From: Candidatus Thorarchaeota archaeon
Lineage (GTDB): Archaea; Asgardarchaeota; Thorarchaeia; Thorarchaeales; Thorarchaeaceae
DNA: 64,000 bases
Assembly (NCBI GenBank): GCA_046758445.1
Contig: JBHIAE010000001.1
Span: 64,001 to 128,000 of the forward strand
Reading direction: 5' to 3'
The first letter of the stretch is position 1; each line of letters opens with the position of its first letter. The position numbers were made by a program, and so were the translations under genes. This document shows, one piece after another, positions 51,331-62,600 of the stretch. The notes under the pieces were generated by a model. The model ran no database searches. It was not told the DNA's origin and worked only from the letters and a program-made list of their open reading frames with translations.

Positions 51331-51366
51331 TCCTCCTCTGGATTACCTCCAAACGAGATGGTTCAT

Positions 51367-52095
51367 ATGAGTGTTCGGGACGAGTATTCGGGAGTGACCT
51401 TGACACCCAGAGTTTTAAGAGTACTGGACCCGAGCGATTGGTCTGAGATACTCGCAGAGGCGAGTTCAGTGCTTCTTGAGGGTGGTCTAGTCGTCTATCC
51501 CACGGACACTAGCTATGGACTTGGTTGCGACCCGCAAAAGAAGAAGGCGTTAGAGAGGCTCCTGTCCTTAAAGGATAGAGACCGGAAACTGGGAGTTCCT
51601 CTGCTATTCTCCGACCTAACCCAATGTGAAACGTACCATGATTTCGGACCACTTGAGGAGATCATTGTACGACTCTTTTGGCCTGGGGCTTTGACACTCG
51701 TGGTTAGCCCCAGAGAGACCGTCCCCGATTATATCAGCGGAGAAAGGGCCTCTATAGCAGTGAGAGTGCCTGACCATTCCATACCGCGGAGGCTTGCGGA
51801 GGAGATTGGAGGGCCGATAGTTGGGACCAGTGCCAATAGAAGTGGAGGTCCCAGTCCATTCGAGATATCTGTAGCAATAGAACAACTTGGCGATGAGGTT
51901 GACGTATACATTGACGGAGGGCCTTCAGCTGCGAGTGACGATTCCACCATGATTGGAGTCGAGAAAGCAGATACTGGAGGAGAGCATCTTGATATTAGGC
52001 TCTATAGAGAAGGCCAACTCAGCATGGAGAGAATCAGTGCGGATTTAGCCAAGGACCCGGATGCTCTCATGTTCTGGACAACACGCATTGTCTAA
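51367..52095 (+). CDS. tsaC: Threonylcarbamoyl-AMP synthase (TsaC/YrdC type, single domain)
   Basis: YPTDTSYGL, K.R, FWPGALT, AVRVP, TSANRSG; start uncertain. Confidence 0.92.
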   Translation: MSVRDEYSGVTLTPRVLRVLDPSDWSEILAEASSVLLEGGLVVYPTDTSYGLGCDPQKKKALERLLSLKDRDRKLGVPLLFSDLTQCETYHDFGPLEEIIVRLFWPGALTLVVSPRETVPDYISGERASIAVRVPDHSIPRRLAEEIGGPIVGTSANRSGGPSPFEISVAIEQLGDEVDVYIDGGPSAASDDSTMIGVEKADTGGEHLDIRLYREGQLSMERISADLAKDPDALMFWTTRIV

Positions 52096-52118
52096 TCTGA
52101 TATGTGAGGTGAAAAGGT

Positions 52119-52652
52119 CTGCAGGAGTATAACCTACTGGTCGGATGCCCAAGAGAAAGGGAGAAGGCAGCCAGCTCTGAGGTTCAATACTTCATCGGCG
52201 ACCTGCTAGGAGACTCTGAGCTGAGAGTGTCCCGTACGCCCATTTCAGGACTACTGGCATGCCGCACAGCATTGAATCCAATCGAGGTTGTTCATCGATT
52301 GAGAGAGTTTGCATTTGAGAACCCGTACCAATTCAGGTATGCAATACGCTTCACGCCTCTCGAGTTCTGCGTTCGTTCAGACATCTCCGAGATTGTAAGG
52401 GTCGCCGAGATGCAATGCACCAGAATCAAAGATGATGAGTCCTTCAGAGTTACTGTTAGGCGAAGACATACTACGCTGAAAACGATGGACGTAATCACCG
52501 AAGTGGCCGCTGTTATTCCACGAAGGGTTGACCTTGACAACCCTGACAAGACACTGTACATTGAGATTGTTGGAGATTGGACCGGAGTATCATTGCTGAA
52601 ACCAGAGGAGGATATCCTTTCGATAATGTCTATGCGTGACGACATATACTAG
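52119..52652 (+). CDS. THUMP domain protein (probable CTG start)
   Basis: SFRVTVRRR, VDLDNPDK...IEI; open frame extends to a CTG after the GAGGTGA RBS. Confidence 0.85.
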   Translation: MQEYNLLVGCPREREKAASSEVQYFIGDLLGDSELRVSRTPISGLLACRTALNPIEVVHRLREFAFENPYQFRYAIRFTPLEFCVRSDISEIVRVAEMQCTRIKDDESFRVTVRRRHTTLKTMDVITEVAAVIPRRVDLDNPDKTLYIEIVGDWTGVSLLKPEEDILSIMSMRDDIY

Positions 52653-52660
52653 GACTCTAG

Positions 52661-53251
52661 TCATGACTCCAATGAAACCATGGAGATTCTACTTTCTACA
52701 CAACCTGTAAGCGCCTTGAAACGAGATTCCAAGGAGTCAGATTCCGACACGATTGAGAGTTCAGTTTCGCTGATCTTAAAGTGCTCCATGACATGGCGGA
52801 GTCGTTCCTCTGTTTGCGAGAATGGCGGCAGAACCTCACTTCCCAGTCTCTCGACAACCTGATGGAACTGGCTCTCTAATACTTCCTCTTCTGGCGCAAC
52901 CATGACAAGTGCAACAGATTCAAGACCATCACGGACTCCGACGCTCTCCAAAGCCACGCCGATTTGATGTTGGCCAGACGCATACAGGGCCACCTCGACA
53001 TCCAAACTTCGAGCGATGCCATATCCTCCCTTCCAAGCGTTGAGGGCATTCTGGGAGGCAGAGAGAAGATGGCCGACCCCGACTATGGGTAGAGGATTGA
53101 ATAGCTGAAATGCAAGCAGGTCCGTTGAGAACTCCAAGGCCATCCGAAGCAGCGATTTCTGATCCAGCTCGTTTTTGTTCTTGAGCTCTGCGATGCCAAC
53201 TTTGAAGGTTTCTTCGGCGTAAACCAGGTTTTCCAGTAGCAATCTTCTCAC
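52661..53251 (-). CDS. cgi121: KEOPS complex subunit Cgi121
   Basis: HL..A..NA, IARSL.VE..LYASG..QI..AL...G. Confidence 0.88.
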   Translation of the reverse strand: MRRLLLENLVYAEETFKVGIAELKNKNELDQKSLLRMALEFSTDLLAFQLFNPLPIVGVGHLLSASQNALNAWKGGYGIARSLDVEVALYASGQHQIGVALESVGVRDGLESVALVMVAPEEEVLESQFHQVVERLGSEVLPPFSQTEERLRHVMEHFKISETELSIVSESDSLESRFKALTGCVESRISMVSLES

Positions 53252-53262
53252 CAGGACAAAGT

Positions 53263-53844
53263 CTACAATCTCTTGACAAAGTAATCAGCCACTGTGGGCT
53301 GGAAACCAACCTCGAAGACCAACTTGTCACGGAGTTGCTTTGTATCAAGAGTGGGGTCCTCTTTCTTGAAGATCTTTATGAGGGCAATGATTGACTCTCG
53401 CATTTCCCAAGGATATACTGTCCAGCTCTCTGTCTTGACCATGTAATAATCTGGAGCTACTCTTGACCACGGCTTGAAGTGAAGGACGGCAGACTTGACC
53501 TCTCCCGCTCCAAGAGAATTCACATGTTCAATGGCGTAGAACAGGCTATCGCCAGTGTCTGCCACTTCATCTACTAGAAGAACACTCTTTCCTTCCATTG
53601 AGCCAGTGATAGGCTGAGTGATCTTGGGCTCTCTTCCTTTTTGTGCAACATCGGAGTAGTACTCGATACGGATGTTCTGAAGTGTATCAGCGTAGAGGAC
53701 GTCCGAGAGAATCCGCGCAGGAATCCAGCCGCCTCTTGCGATCCCGATAATGACACTCGGCTTGAAACCACTCTTGACAATTCGCTCAGAGAGCTGGAGA
53801 GTGAGATTATAGACATCATCCCAGGTGAGTATTAGATAATCCAT
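53263..53844 (-). CDS. Purine phosphoribosyltransferase (type I PRTase)
   Basis: IARGG.IPA, VLLVDEVADTG.SL PRPP loop, W.VYPWE. Confidence 0.92.
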   Translation of the reverse strand: MDYLILTWDDVYNLTLQLSERIVKSGFKPSVIIGIARGGWIPARILSDVLYADTLQNIRIEYYSDVAQKGREPKITQPITGSMEGKSVLLVDEVADTGDSLFYAIEHVNSLGAGEVKSAVLHFKPWSRVAPDYYMVKTESWTVYPWEMRESIIALIKIFKKEDPTLDTKQLRDKLVFEVGFQPTVADYFVKRL

Positions 53845-53956
53845 CCTGCTCGATATCCCCGCAAAGACCTTGTAACTCAGTGGAATTCCTCCATAATAAC
53901 AGTATCCTAGGTTGGCTCTTGCACAACCTAAATCTGGGAGAACGAGTTGCTGTAGC

Positions 53957-55231
53957 ATGAGAGAAATGAAAGCAGACCTTATCCTCACCAACATTGGCCA
54001 GCTCGCAACCCTTGCAGGAAACAGTAACAGGCCCAAGACAGGAGAGAGTATGAAAGAACTATCAATTGTAGATGATGGGGCTGTAGCGATGAAAGATGGA
54101 ATCATTGTGTCGGTTGGTACGACCAAGGATGTACTGGCGGAGGTAGACGATGAGCCATCTCTCCCACCAATCGAGTTTCCAGGTATGCTTGGAATCCCAG
54201 GTTTTGTAGATAGCCACACTCACCTGGTCTTTGGTGGTTCACGTGAGAATGATTTTGCCATGAAACTTGCAGGCAAGACCTATCTCGAGATTCTAGAGAG
54301 TGGCGGAGGTATTCTCAACACTCTCAAAGCTACCCGAGCCTCGACACAGACAGAATTGAGCAGTTCTGCATTCTCCTACGCAGAGAGAATGCTCAGTAGT
54401 GGGACAACGACTGTAGAGGCCAAGAGCGGCTATGGTCTTGATGTGGAGAATGAGTTGAAGATGCTCCGTGTAGTTGGAGACCTTCAGAAGCGATTACCAA
54501 TGGAATTCGCCTCTACCTTCATGGGTGCTCACGCAATTCCTCCAGAATATCAAGGCCAGACTGACGACTACGTCAATCTAGTGGTCGATGAGATGATACC
54601 GACGGTTGCGAAACGCAATATGGCAGAGTTTTGCGACGTGTTCTGTGAGGAGGGCATATTCAACATTGAGCAGTCTCGACAGATACTTCTGGCCGCGAAA
54701 CGCGCAGGGATGAAGCTGAAGGTTCATGCTGATGAAATAGTTCAGCTGGGAGGTGCTGGTCTTGCCGCGGAGGTTGGCGCTGTTTCCGCTGACCACCTGC
54801 TGATGGCAGCTGATGATGATCTTGAGGCTATGCTCAAGACCGGCACAATCGCCACACTGCTACCTGGAACTGCATTCAGTCTTGACACGCCCTATGCTGA
54901 TGCACGCAAAATGATAGACATGGGCCTCCCTGTGGCTCTTGCAACGGACTTCAATCCCAATTGTGCAAATGAGTCCATGTTCTTCACAATCGCGCTCTCA
55001 TGCTACAAGATGAAGATGCAGCCGACAGAGGCAATCACAGCAGCTACAATAAACTCTGCACACGCCCTAGCTAGGAATGAGAGTGTTGGCAGTATAGAAC
55101 CGAGTAAGAGAGCTGACATCGTCATTCTTGAATGCCCCAGTCCTGAATACTTGTCATGGAGATTCGGAGTCAATCTTGTCCATACTGTGATAACTAATGG
55201 ACAGGTCGTGCATACGAAACTTGGTCCCTGA
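53957..55231 (+). CDS. hutI: Imidazolonepropionase
   Basis: PGFVDSHTHLVFGGSR..F, E.KSGYGL, DVFCE, HADE, SADHL, ATDFNP. Confidence 0.96.
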   Translation: MREMKADLILTNIGQLATLAGNSNRPKTGESMKELSIVDDGAVAMKDGIIVSVGTTKDVLAEVDDEPSLPPIEFPGMLGIPGFVDSHTHLVFGGSRENDFAMKLAGKTYLEILESGGGILNTLKATRASTQTELSSSAFSYAERMLSSGTTTVEAKSGYGLDVENELKMLRVVGDLQKRLPMEFASTFMGAHAIPPEYQGQTDDYVNLVVDEMIPTVAKRNMAEFCDVFCEEGIFNIEQSRQILLAAKRAGMKLKVHADEIVQLGGAGLAAEVGAVSADHLLMAADDDLEAMLKTGTIATLLPGTAFSLDTPYADARKMIDMGLPVALATDFNPNCANESMFFTIALSCYKMKMQPTEAITAATINSAHALARNESVGSIEPSKRADIVILECPSPEYLSWRFGVNLVHTVITNGQVVHTKLGP

Positions 55232-55254
55232 GGTGAGCTGGCTTCAGTCGAGAA

Positions 55255-55728
55255 TTAACGCGCCATGGGACGACTTCCAGACGCTTGATACTCCCTGAAG
55301 TGATCAAGCCATCTTGGGCTCCGGGGAGCATTCTTTACCCACTCAACGAACTGTGTCAGCTTTTCAACAGTTTCTGGATTTGCTATGTGTTCAAACTCAC
55401 AGGCGTCTGCGTCAGCGGTTTCCTCATCAATGCCAATCATGCAGAAGAACCACTTGATGGTTTTATGTGTTCTCTCTAGGTCCCTCGCAATCTCCTCACC
55501 ACTATCTGTCAGACTAACACTTCGATATCGCTCATAGTTGACCAAGCCCAGTTTCTTGAGCTTCCGCAACACGTATGTGACGCTGGGAGCCTTCACACTC
55601 CTCAATTCTGCAATATCAGTGACGCTTGCTGAGCCATGTTGCCGTTGCAGATCATAGATTGTTTCCAGGTATTGCTCCATTGCCTTTGTGAGACCTTTCA
55701 ATGCACTGATCACATCCGTGACTACCAT
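55255..55728 (-). CDS. DtxR/MntR family metal-dependent repressor
   Basis: E.YLE.IY, DIA....VK.PSVT..L.KL, DAC.FEH. Confidence 0.92.
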   Translation of the reverse strand: MVVTDVISALKGLTKAMEQYLETIYDLQRQHGSASVTDIAELRSVKAPSVTYVLRKLKKLGLVNYERYRSVSLTDSGEEIARDLERTHKTIKWFFCMIGIDEETADADACEFEHIANPETVEKLTQFVEWVKNAPRSPRWLDHFREYQASGSRPMAR

Positions 55729-55829
55729 AGCTCTTCGCGAAGAAACTGTGCAAACAGAAATTGGAACATAGATAAACCTTGACGAGTGGAGGAAAGTCGA
55801 ACTTGTGTTAGATGAGCGGTAGCTAGTGG

Positions 55830-57362
55830 CTACACTTTGAGGAAAGACCCCGTCACTTCTTCTACGCTGGACACTATCTTCCCGAGGTCCATCAGCTCAC
55901 GAATCCTGACAATGTCTGAACTTAGGGGTCTGTCATCTTCCAGTTTCGGAACCACATTCCTCACAGTCGTGTATGCTTTCATCAGGGGTTCGGATGGTTT
56001 CAGTGGTGCCAAGAGATCTATCGCCTGGGCCGCACACATGTATTCAATGGCTATGACATTCTTCGCATTCTCAAGAATCTGTAGACCTTTCCTGGCCGCG
56101 ATTGTACCCATGCTGACATGATCCTCTTGGTCTGCGCTGGTTGGTATCGAGTCTACACTTGCAGGGTGCGCGTAAACCTTATTCTCAGAAACGAGAGCCG
56201 CGGCAGTGTATTGGGCAATCATCATTCCTGACTTGAGTCCACTCTCCTTGGTAAGAAATGCCGGCAGGTCGCTTAGATTTGGATTTACCAGCCTGTTAAT
56301 CCTTCTTTCCGAGATATTTGCCAGCTCACAAATCGCAATCCCTAGGAAGTCCAGTGCTAGTGCAACAGGTTGTCCGTGGAAGTTCCCACCAGATATTACA
56401 TCTCCTTCTTTTGAGAACACCAAAGGATTGTCCGTAGCAGAGTTAATTTCAGTTTCCAGTACTCCACGTACGTAACGAATCGTATCAAGAGAGGCTCCTA
56501 ACACTTGAGGAATGCATCGTAGAGAATAGGCATCTTGGACCGTTCCACAATCTGCATGAGAACGATTGATTTCACTGTCTCTTAGGATATCGAGCATTGC
56601 CTTGGCAATGTCAATCTGTCCCTTGTGGGGACGTGTGCCGTGGATTCTCTCATCCATTGCGGCTCGCGTTCCCCTTAGAGCTTCAAGACTCATTGCAGCA
56701 GCAACACTTGCATCTCTCATCAAGACTAGCGAATCATGAACGGCAATGGAGCCAACTGCGCACATCGGTTGTGTGCCATTGATGAGGGCAACTCCCTCTT
56801 TTGCCTCAAGAACAATCGGCTGGACGCCGGCCCGTTCCATAGCTGTTGCCCCATCGAGCTGCTCGTCCTCGAAGTAGGCCTCTCCCTCACCAATCATTAC
56901 TAAGGCCATGTGTGCAAGGGGGGCGAGGTCTCCACTGGATCCTACTGACCCCTGTTGGGGGATGACTGGAACAATGTCCGAATTCAACATTTCAACCAGG
57001 GTTTCTATGACCTTCAATCGAATACCAGAGAATCCCTTTGCGAGTGCATTTGCCCTTAGAAGCATCATGCCCCTCACAATCTCTCTGGAAAAAGGTGGCC
57101 CAACTCCTGCACTGTGACTACGTATCAGATTGACTTGTAGTTGAAGGATTTCGCTTTTGTCAATTGACTCCTCGGCGAGATCCCCGAAGCCGGTGTTCAC
57201 TCCATAGACGACGCGACCTTCCTTCAGTGCCTTCTCGATCACTTCTCGACTACTCCGAATTCCTTCAATTGTGGACTTAGCGAGCTTCACTGGTTCTTGA
57301 TGTCTTGCGACCTTAACGACGTCGTCAACGGTGAGACTGACTCCATCAATCATTACAGTCAT
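55830..57362 (-). CDS. hutH: Histidine ammonia-lyase
   Basis: YGVNTGFG, GSVGSSGDLAPLAH, KEG.ALINGT, QDAYSLRC, GGNFHG, QEDHVSMG. Confidence 0.96.
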   Translation of the reverse strand: MTVMIDGVSLTVDDVVKVARHQEPVKLAKSTIEGIRSSREVIEKALKEGRVVYGVNTGFGDLAEESIDKSEILQLQVNLIRSHSAGVGPPFSREIVRGMMLLRANALAKGFSGIRLKVIETLVEMLNSDIVPVIPQQGSVGSSGDLAPLAHMALVMIGEGEAYFEDEQLDGATAMERAGVQPIVLEAKEGVALINGTQPMCAVGSIAVHDSLVLMRDASVAAAMSLEALRGTRAAMDERIHGTRPHKGQIDIAKAMLDILRDSEINRSHADCGTVQDAYSLRCIPQVLGASLDTIRYVRGVLETEINSATDNPLVFSKEGDVISGGNFHGQPVALALDFLGIAICELANISERRINRLVNPNLSDLPAFLTKESGLKSGMMIAQYTAAALVSENKVYAHPASVDSIPTSADQEDHVSMGTIAARKGLQILENAKNVIAIEYMCAAQAIDLLAPLKPSEPLMKAYTTVRNVVPKLEDDRPLSSDIVRIRELMDLGKIVSSVEEVTGSFLKV

Positions 57363-57538
57363 AGATTCAACCCCGGGCTTTCAAGCCGTCAGAAGAACTT
57401 CCATCTGACACTCAAGTCGAACGCAGTTCCCACTGAGCAGAACTTAGTTCCTACTCTATTGCAGCTTGACCCCACTTTAGTAATTACCGGACCACAGACT
57501 CTGGAGTAGATGCAGGATGGAGTGAACCCAGTGTTTCA

Positions 57539-59586
57539 TTATGACCGTAGCTCATTCTTTACTAGTTCTTCTACTAGGCCGTCGGGAGGAACGAACGGAA
57601 GTGTGATGTGACCACGGCCGTCCATCAACCTGTTCCAGTCTACTGCCGTTTCAACTGCGTGTTCATTTCTGGCCCATGCTCTGCGGGCTACTCCGCCCAT
57701 TACATCCCAGTCTAGCGCAGAACGAATGACAGTGTCTACTCTCTCGCTGCCATCAAGAACCAAGCCAAAACCTCCATTGATGGCCTTCCCCGTACCCACA
57801 CCACCGCCGTTTGAGAGGACTGCCAGAGTCATGCCACGGGCCACATTTCCTGCCCAGCATTGGTGAGCCATGTCGCTTGTGACATTACTGCCGTCTCGAA
57901 TGTTTGCGGTTTCTCTGAAGGGGGAGTCTGTGCCTCCTGTGTCATGGTGATCTCTTCCAAGCATTATAGGTCCAATCTTTCCTTCTCGCACCTCCTTGTT
58001 GAACTCTAGAGCAATATTGGCGCGTCCCTTGGCATCCGCATACAGGATTCTGGCTTGGGACCCAACTACTAGAGCATTCTTCTCAGCATCCCGAATCCAA
58101 ACATAGTTGTCCCTGTCTTGGCCTCTGCCTTTCGGATCAATGCATGACATCGCTACCTTGTCAGTTTCGACCAAATCCTCGTGCTTCCCACTGAGGCATA
58201 CCCATCTGAACGGTCCATACCCGTAGTCGAAGCATATTGGTCCCATGATGTCCTCGACATAGGAAGGGAATATGAAGCCGTCATCTGTGTTCTTCCCGTT
58301 TCTCGCAATTGCCAAGACGCCTGCATCGAAGACTGCCTTCATGAAGCTGTTGCCGTAGTCCCAAAAGTGAGTGCCTCTTTTAGTCATGGTCTGGATAAGT
58401 TCGAACTGCCTACGGAGTGATTTGTCTACAAGGCTCTTGAACTCGTCACGGTCACGTTTCAATAGCTCTCTTCCCTCTTCAAATGTCACTCCTTGAGGAG
58501 TATAGCCGCCATTGTACACATCATGGCAAGATGTTTGGTCTGACGAAAGCTCGATAGGAATCTGATTGTCCACAACGTATTGCCATAGATCAACAACATT
58601 GCCAAAGTATCCTATAGAGATTGGCTCATTCTTCTCTCGGTATTCCGTGACCCACTCGAATACCTCATCGAGTTCGGCAGAATGTTTGCTGAGCCATCCT
58701 TGTTCATACCGTGTAACGATTCGACTCTTGTCAACCTCGGCGATTACTCCAATGCCGCCTGCAATCTCAATTGCCTTTGCTTGTGCACCACTCATGCCTC
58801 CCAAGCCAGAAGTAAGGAAGACCCTTCCGCTAAGGTCTTTGTCTTCTGCTATCCCCAGATAGAGTCTACCGGCATTCAGGAGTGTGATATAGGTCCCATG
58901 GACTATCCCTTGAGGACCAATGTACATCAAACCACCTGCTGTCATTTGGCCATAGTTGACTGCGGAGAGCTGGGCTGCTCGATGAAAGTCCTGAGGTGTA
59001 TCAAACATACCCACCATGAGTCCATTTGTGACTATGATCCTGGGCGCATCACTGCGAGACGGGAATAGACCGAGAGGGTGACCAGAGCTCACTACAAGTG
59101 TCTGATCTGCGTTCATGGTTTCCAAGTACTTCATGATTAATCGATACTGCATCCAGCTCTGGCAGACTTGGCCGCTTTCGCCGGGCGTGATTAGAGAATC
59201 CAATCACGCTCTCCGTAAGTGACCAGCTCGTACGGATACAGGGCGACGTTGAAGTCCAAGTTGTTATCAATCATCAGCTGAAGAGCCCGTGCTTCGAGAA
59301 TCCCGTGATATTGGTCGACCGGTTTTGCGACAATCCGGCCTCGGGGTCGGTATCTATATCCATAGATTCTTCCTCTTGTCATCAATTCAGTCAGAAACTC
59401 AGGTGCGAGGTGCTCGTGTAGTTTTGGGTGAACATACCTTAGGGCGTTCTTGACTGCAAGTATCGTGTCTTTTTCACTAAGATTGAATCCTCTATCTGGA
59501 GCTCTTCTTATCTCTGGGTCGAAGATAGGGTCGGGAGGCAGCTTATCAGATAGTTTGATTCTCATAGCTTCAGAAGGGTCATACAT
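57539..59586 (-). CDS. hutU: Urocanate hydratase, long type (671 aa after splicing); two exons, 59586-59211 and 59178-57539
   Basis: GRIYGYR, NNLD..VA.YP.ELVTYG|ESGQ, YGQMTAG, IGPQGIVHGT, GLGGMSGAQ, SDQTSCH, GRDHHD; 2048 nt minus 32 nt = 672 codons. Confidence 0.93.
59179..59210 (-). other. Putative BHB-type (tRNA-splicing-endonuclease) intron in hutU mRNA, 32 nt
   Basis: Intron AGCGTGATTGGATTCTCTAATCACGCCCGGCG; 11-bp inner stem, bulges AGA and CGA, central ACGG/CCGG, outer GTCACTT/AAGCGGC; excision restores the frame. Confidence 0.82.
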
Positions 59587-59644
59587 CTAACCATCACTCC
59601 GGTGATTGCTGTTCCTTCAATGTAGCACCTTCATAAACAAGTTG

Positions 59645-62600
59645 TCATGAAGATTGTTGAGCTTCCGAGTTTCCATCAGACGCGAACCTGTAACGTTTCA
59701 CGATCCTACCAATTGTGGCGATGTTTCTTGAGATGCCACGAGTTCTCCATAGGTGTAGTCCGATCTGACCAGGAGATAAGCCGGACTCACTTAGCGTGCG
59801 GATTATCTCAATCTCTTGACGTGTTACTCGCTTACGTTGCGGCCTTGCTGCTAACATATCGCAAAGCTCCGATAGACTCTTGGTTCTGCCCAATGCGTTC
59901 CTGAAAAGCGGGAGCTGTGCTGCCCGCCTGATAGAATCGTGACGCACTATTTCGACGCCTGATGGATGTAGATAGGATTTGACACCAAGTGATTCCAAAA
60001 GGGCTTGTGTAAAAGGGCCATTCGAGATAGATGAGATTCCCGCGCGTTGAGCAACTGGAGAGGCGTAGCCATCTCCATCGGCCAATCCTTGGACGAATGC
60101 AATGCGGGACTGTTCGGATGATGCAAGAATCCAATCACCTATGAATGGCACATGGGTCTTCTTCTCACTAGGATTGAGTCCCAAAACAACCTCTCGAAAC
60201 CAGACGAACAATGGGCTGGAAACAAACAGTTCCCAAACCTCGTCCTTAGACCTCTTAATTCTCAGGATTCGATTAGGCTTCACGCGTGAAAAAACTGAAG
60301 AAACGTCATCCAAGGCCTGTTTAGACCAAGTATAGCTCTTGCTCAGGAGACCCCTTAGGGAAAAGGATGTTTTACTGGTAATTTGAACGTAACCATCTGA
60401 CACGGCAAATCCTATTACATACATAAAGTCCTGGAATCTCATTCGCATCTGCCGAAGTACCCTAAGAACATCAGAAACGTTGGTGAGCGTTTCCGGAACC
60501 TCGACCCAGTCCGAGAATACTTGCCCGTCTATTCGAGTAGGCAGCCACTTCCAATTCTCGACTGGCTCCTCCCTTGGGACTCCTTGCAGTAGACGTAGTA
60601 TTCTGGGCAGTCTACTTTTGGTCCAGTGATAAACAGTAGATTCGTCAAGACTCAACGCCTCCGCAATCGCCTTTTGCGATATACCTGATTCGTACATGTC
60701 TAAGAACTTGTAATACTTAGAGCATGACTCTTCAATCTCATTGTAGTTGCTCCAGCTTCTCAAATGCGGTGCGATGTAGATTCTATCCAGTAATTGCAGA
60801 ACACCTTTCATTGATCCGGCTGGTACCTTCTTTCTCAGTTCTGCTACTACTTGCCTGTTTCTGGCAGCTCGTTCGATTTGTGCGCAGATCTCAGGTCTTC
60901 CTCCGTCTACGACCCATCTTCTTGCTTTGCCGGCGGATACTCCGATATCCTCCGCCGCCTTTCGAAGTTCACTCCACCTGATGGTCTTCCTACCACCAAT
61001 CGCTTCGAAGAGATCTAAGTATGCTCCGAAGTCAACGATGAGCGAATCAATGTCTTCCAGTTTCGCCAATCCAGAATAGCTTTGAGAGATTGTTCCACGG
61101 AGTTGGGATACAGAGGATATCGTGAAACCGTCTATCTTGAAGTCGTGGAGATTGACTGTCAACTTCCCAGATTGAATCATACTTCTTTCAGAGTTCGGCA
61201 TGGCAGCAATTCGGACTGGCCAAGGAAGAACTCCATCGACCCACCTCTTTGTTGTGGTCGGCTTTAGTCGGAGCTTGCGGTCAACATCAGACTGCAGCAT
61301 TCCACTCTCAAGAAAAGACAAGGCCTCAAAGTACAGTCTTAGTCTGCTCCACTGCCTCTCAGCTGACGGCCACAGTGATATGGAATCGGAAGTCCCGGTT
61401 TCTTCCAGGATTCTGCGAACATCTTCGGCACTCTGGACATCTCCAAGCTGTTGTCGAATATTCAAAACTCTCTCCTGATTCTTGAAGACCTCATTCAAAT
61501 ACCGGAAGACCGTAGGGAGTTTCCCCTTTAGGACCCAGTTCCTTGCAGTATTGGCTGATATTCCACTTTCTTTTGCAATTGTTGAAACATCCACATCTTC
61601 AATCGGGTCTTGCTCAGAAAACGCCGACATAACTTGGAAATAGATTTGTGCCTGTTTCATCCATTTACTGAAGTTGCGGTTTTGCCTCAGTCCTGGAAAC
61701 TGTCTGTCGATTATGCTTTCAAGCTGGTCATAGGATTCTATTCGTTTACTATTGAGCTCAGGCAAAAACGTCGCAAGTTGTTTCTCTCTAGTCTTCTTGG
61801 CGGCAAGTCTGCCAACCAGGGCCGGTATTCTCTCGCCGCGGAGCCAGGCCAGCACTTCATCTTCAGGAATCCTGTATTTCAGACTCAGCTCTTTGATTTG
61901 GTCATGCCTGTACCTCTCGCGGCCGTTCCGGACTATTGTGTCAAGTTCTCCTCTCTTCCTCATTGATGAGAGTTCAATCCATGCCCTTGCCTCCTCAAGT
62001 TTCTCGTTGAAGTAAACCATTTGACGAATTTCAGGATCATTCTGAGCTTCTTCCAGTTCTTCCTCCGACGTCGGATAGTCCTGTTCGAAATGAGCTCGGA
62101 CTAACTGACCCATCAGCCAATCGCCCTCACGATTCAGCAGTCTCCTGAGCGCCTCGGGCATGGACCTACCTTCACTCCAGTCCCTCGCGGTGTCTTGGTC
62201 TAGGTCAAACTCCCCGGCCAGTTCCTCAATGTCTGTTTCCTCATCTCCCTGCTCTTTCAGCGCCTTTCTGAAACGAAGATAGTTCTCAACCTCTTCCATG
62301 GTCTCTTCGTCTTCAAGCATTGATTCAAGACCATGTTTCCGTGCGAGTTTCTCGAAGTCTTCTTCATCCTCTACTAGCCCTCGGAGATACTCTCTGATAG
62401 CCTCCTTCAGCTCCTCATCAAGTTCATTGAATATCTCTCGGAGATACCTCTGCCAGTCCTCATCCTCGCGCGAGTAGTGCTCTGGCCAATCCGATGATTC
62501 AGTATCACTCTCAGTCGCCTCAGAGTCCTCCTCACCCTTATCATGATTGGTCTTCTCTTCTGCTGATTCTGGATGCTTCTTGACGTGCTCGTACTCTTCT

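Noticed and set aside
59179-59210. hutU break as a sequencing frameshift or programmed ribosomal frameshift
   Set aside because: It is a 32-nt structured insertion relative to the contiguous YGESGQ motif, not a 1-2 nt indel, and has no slippery site.
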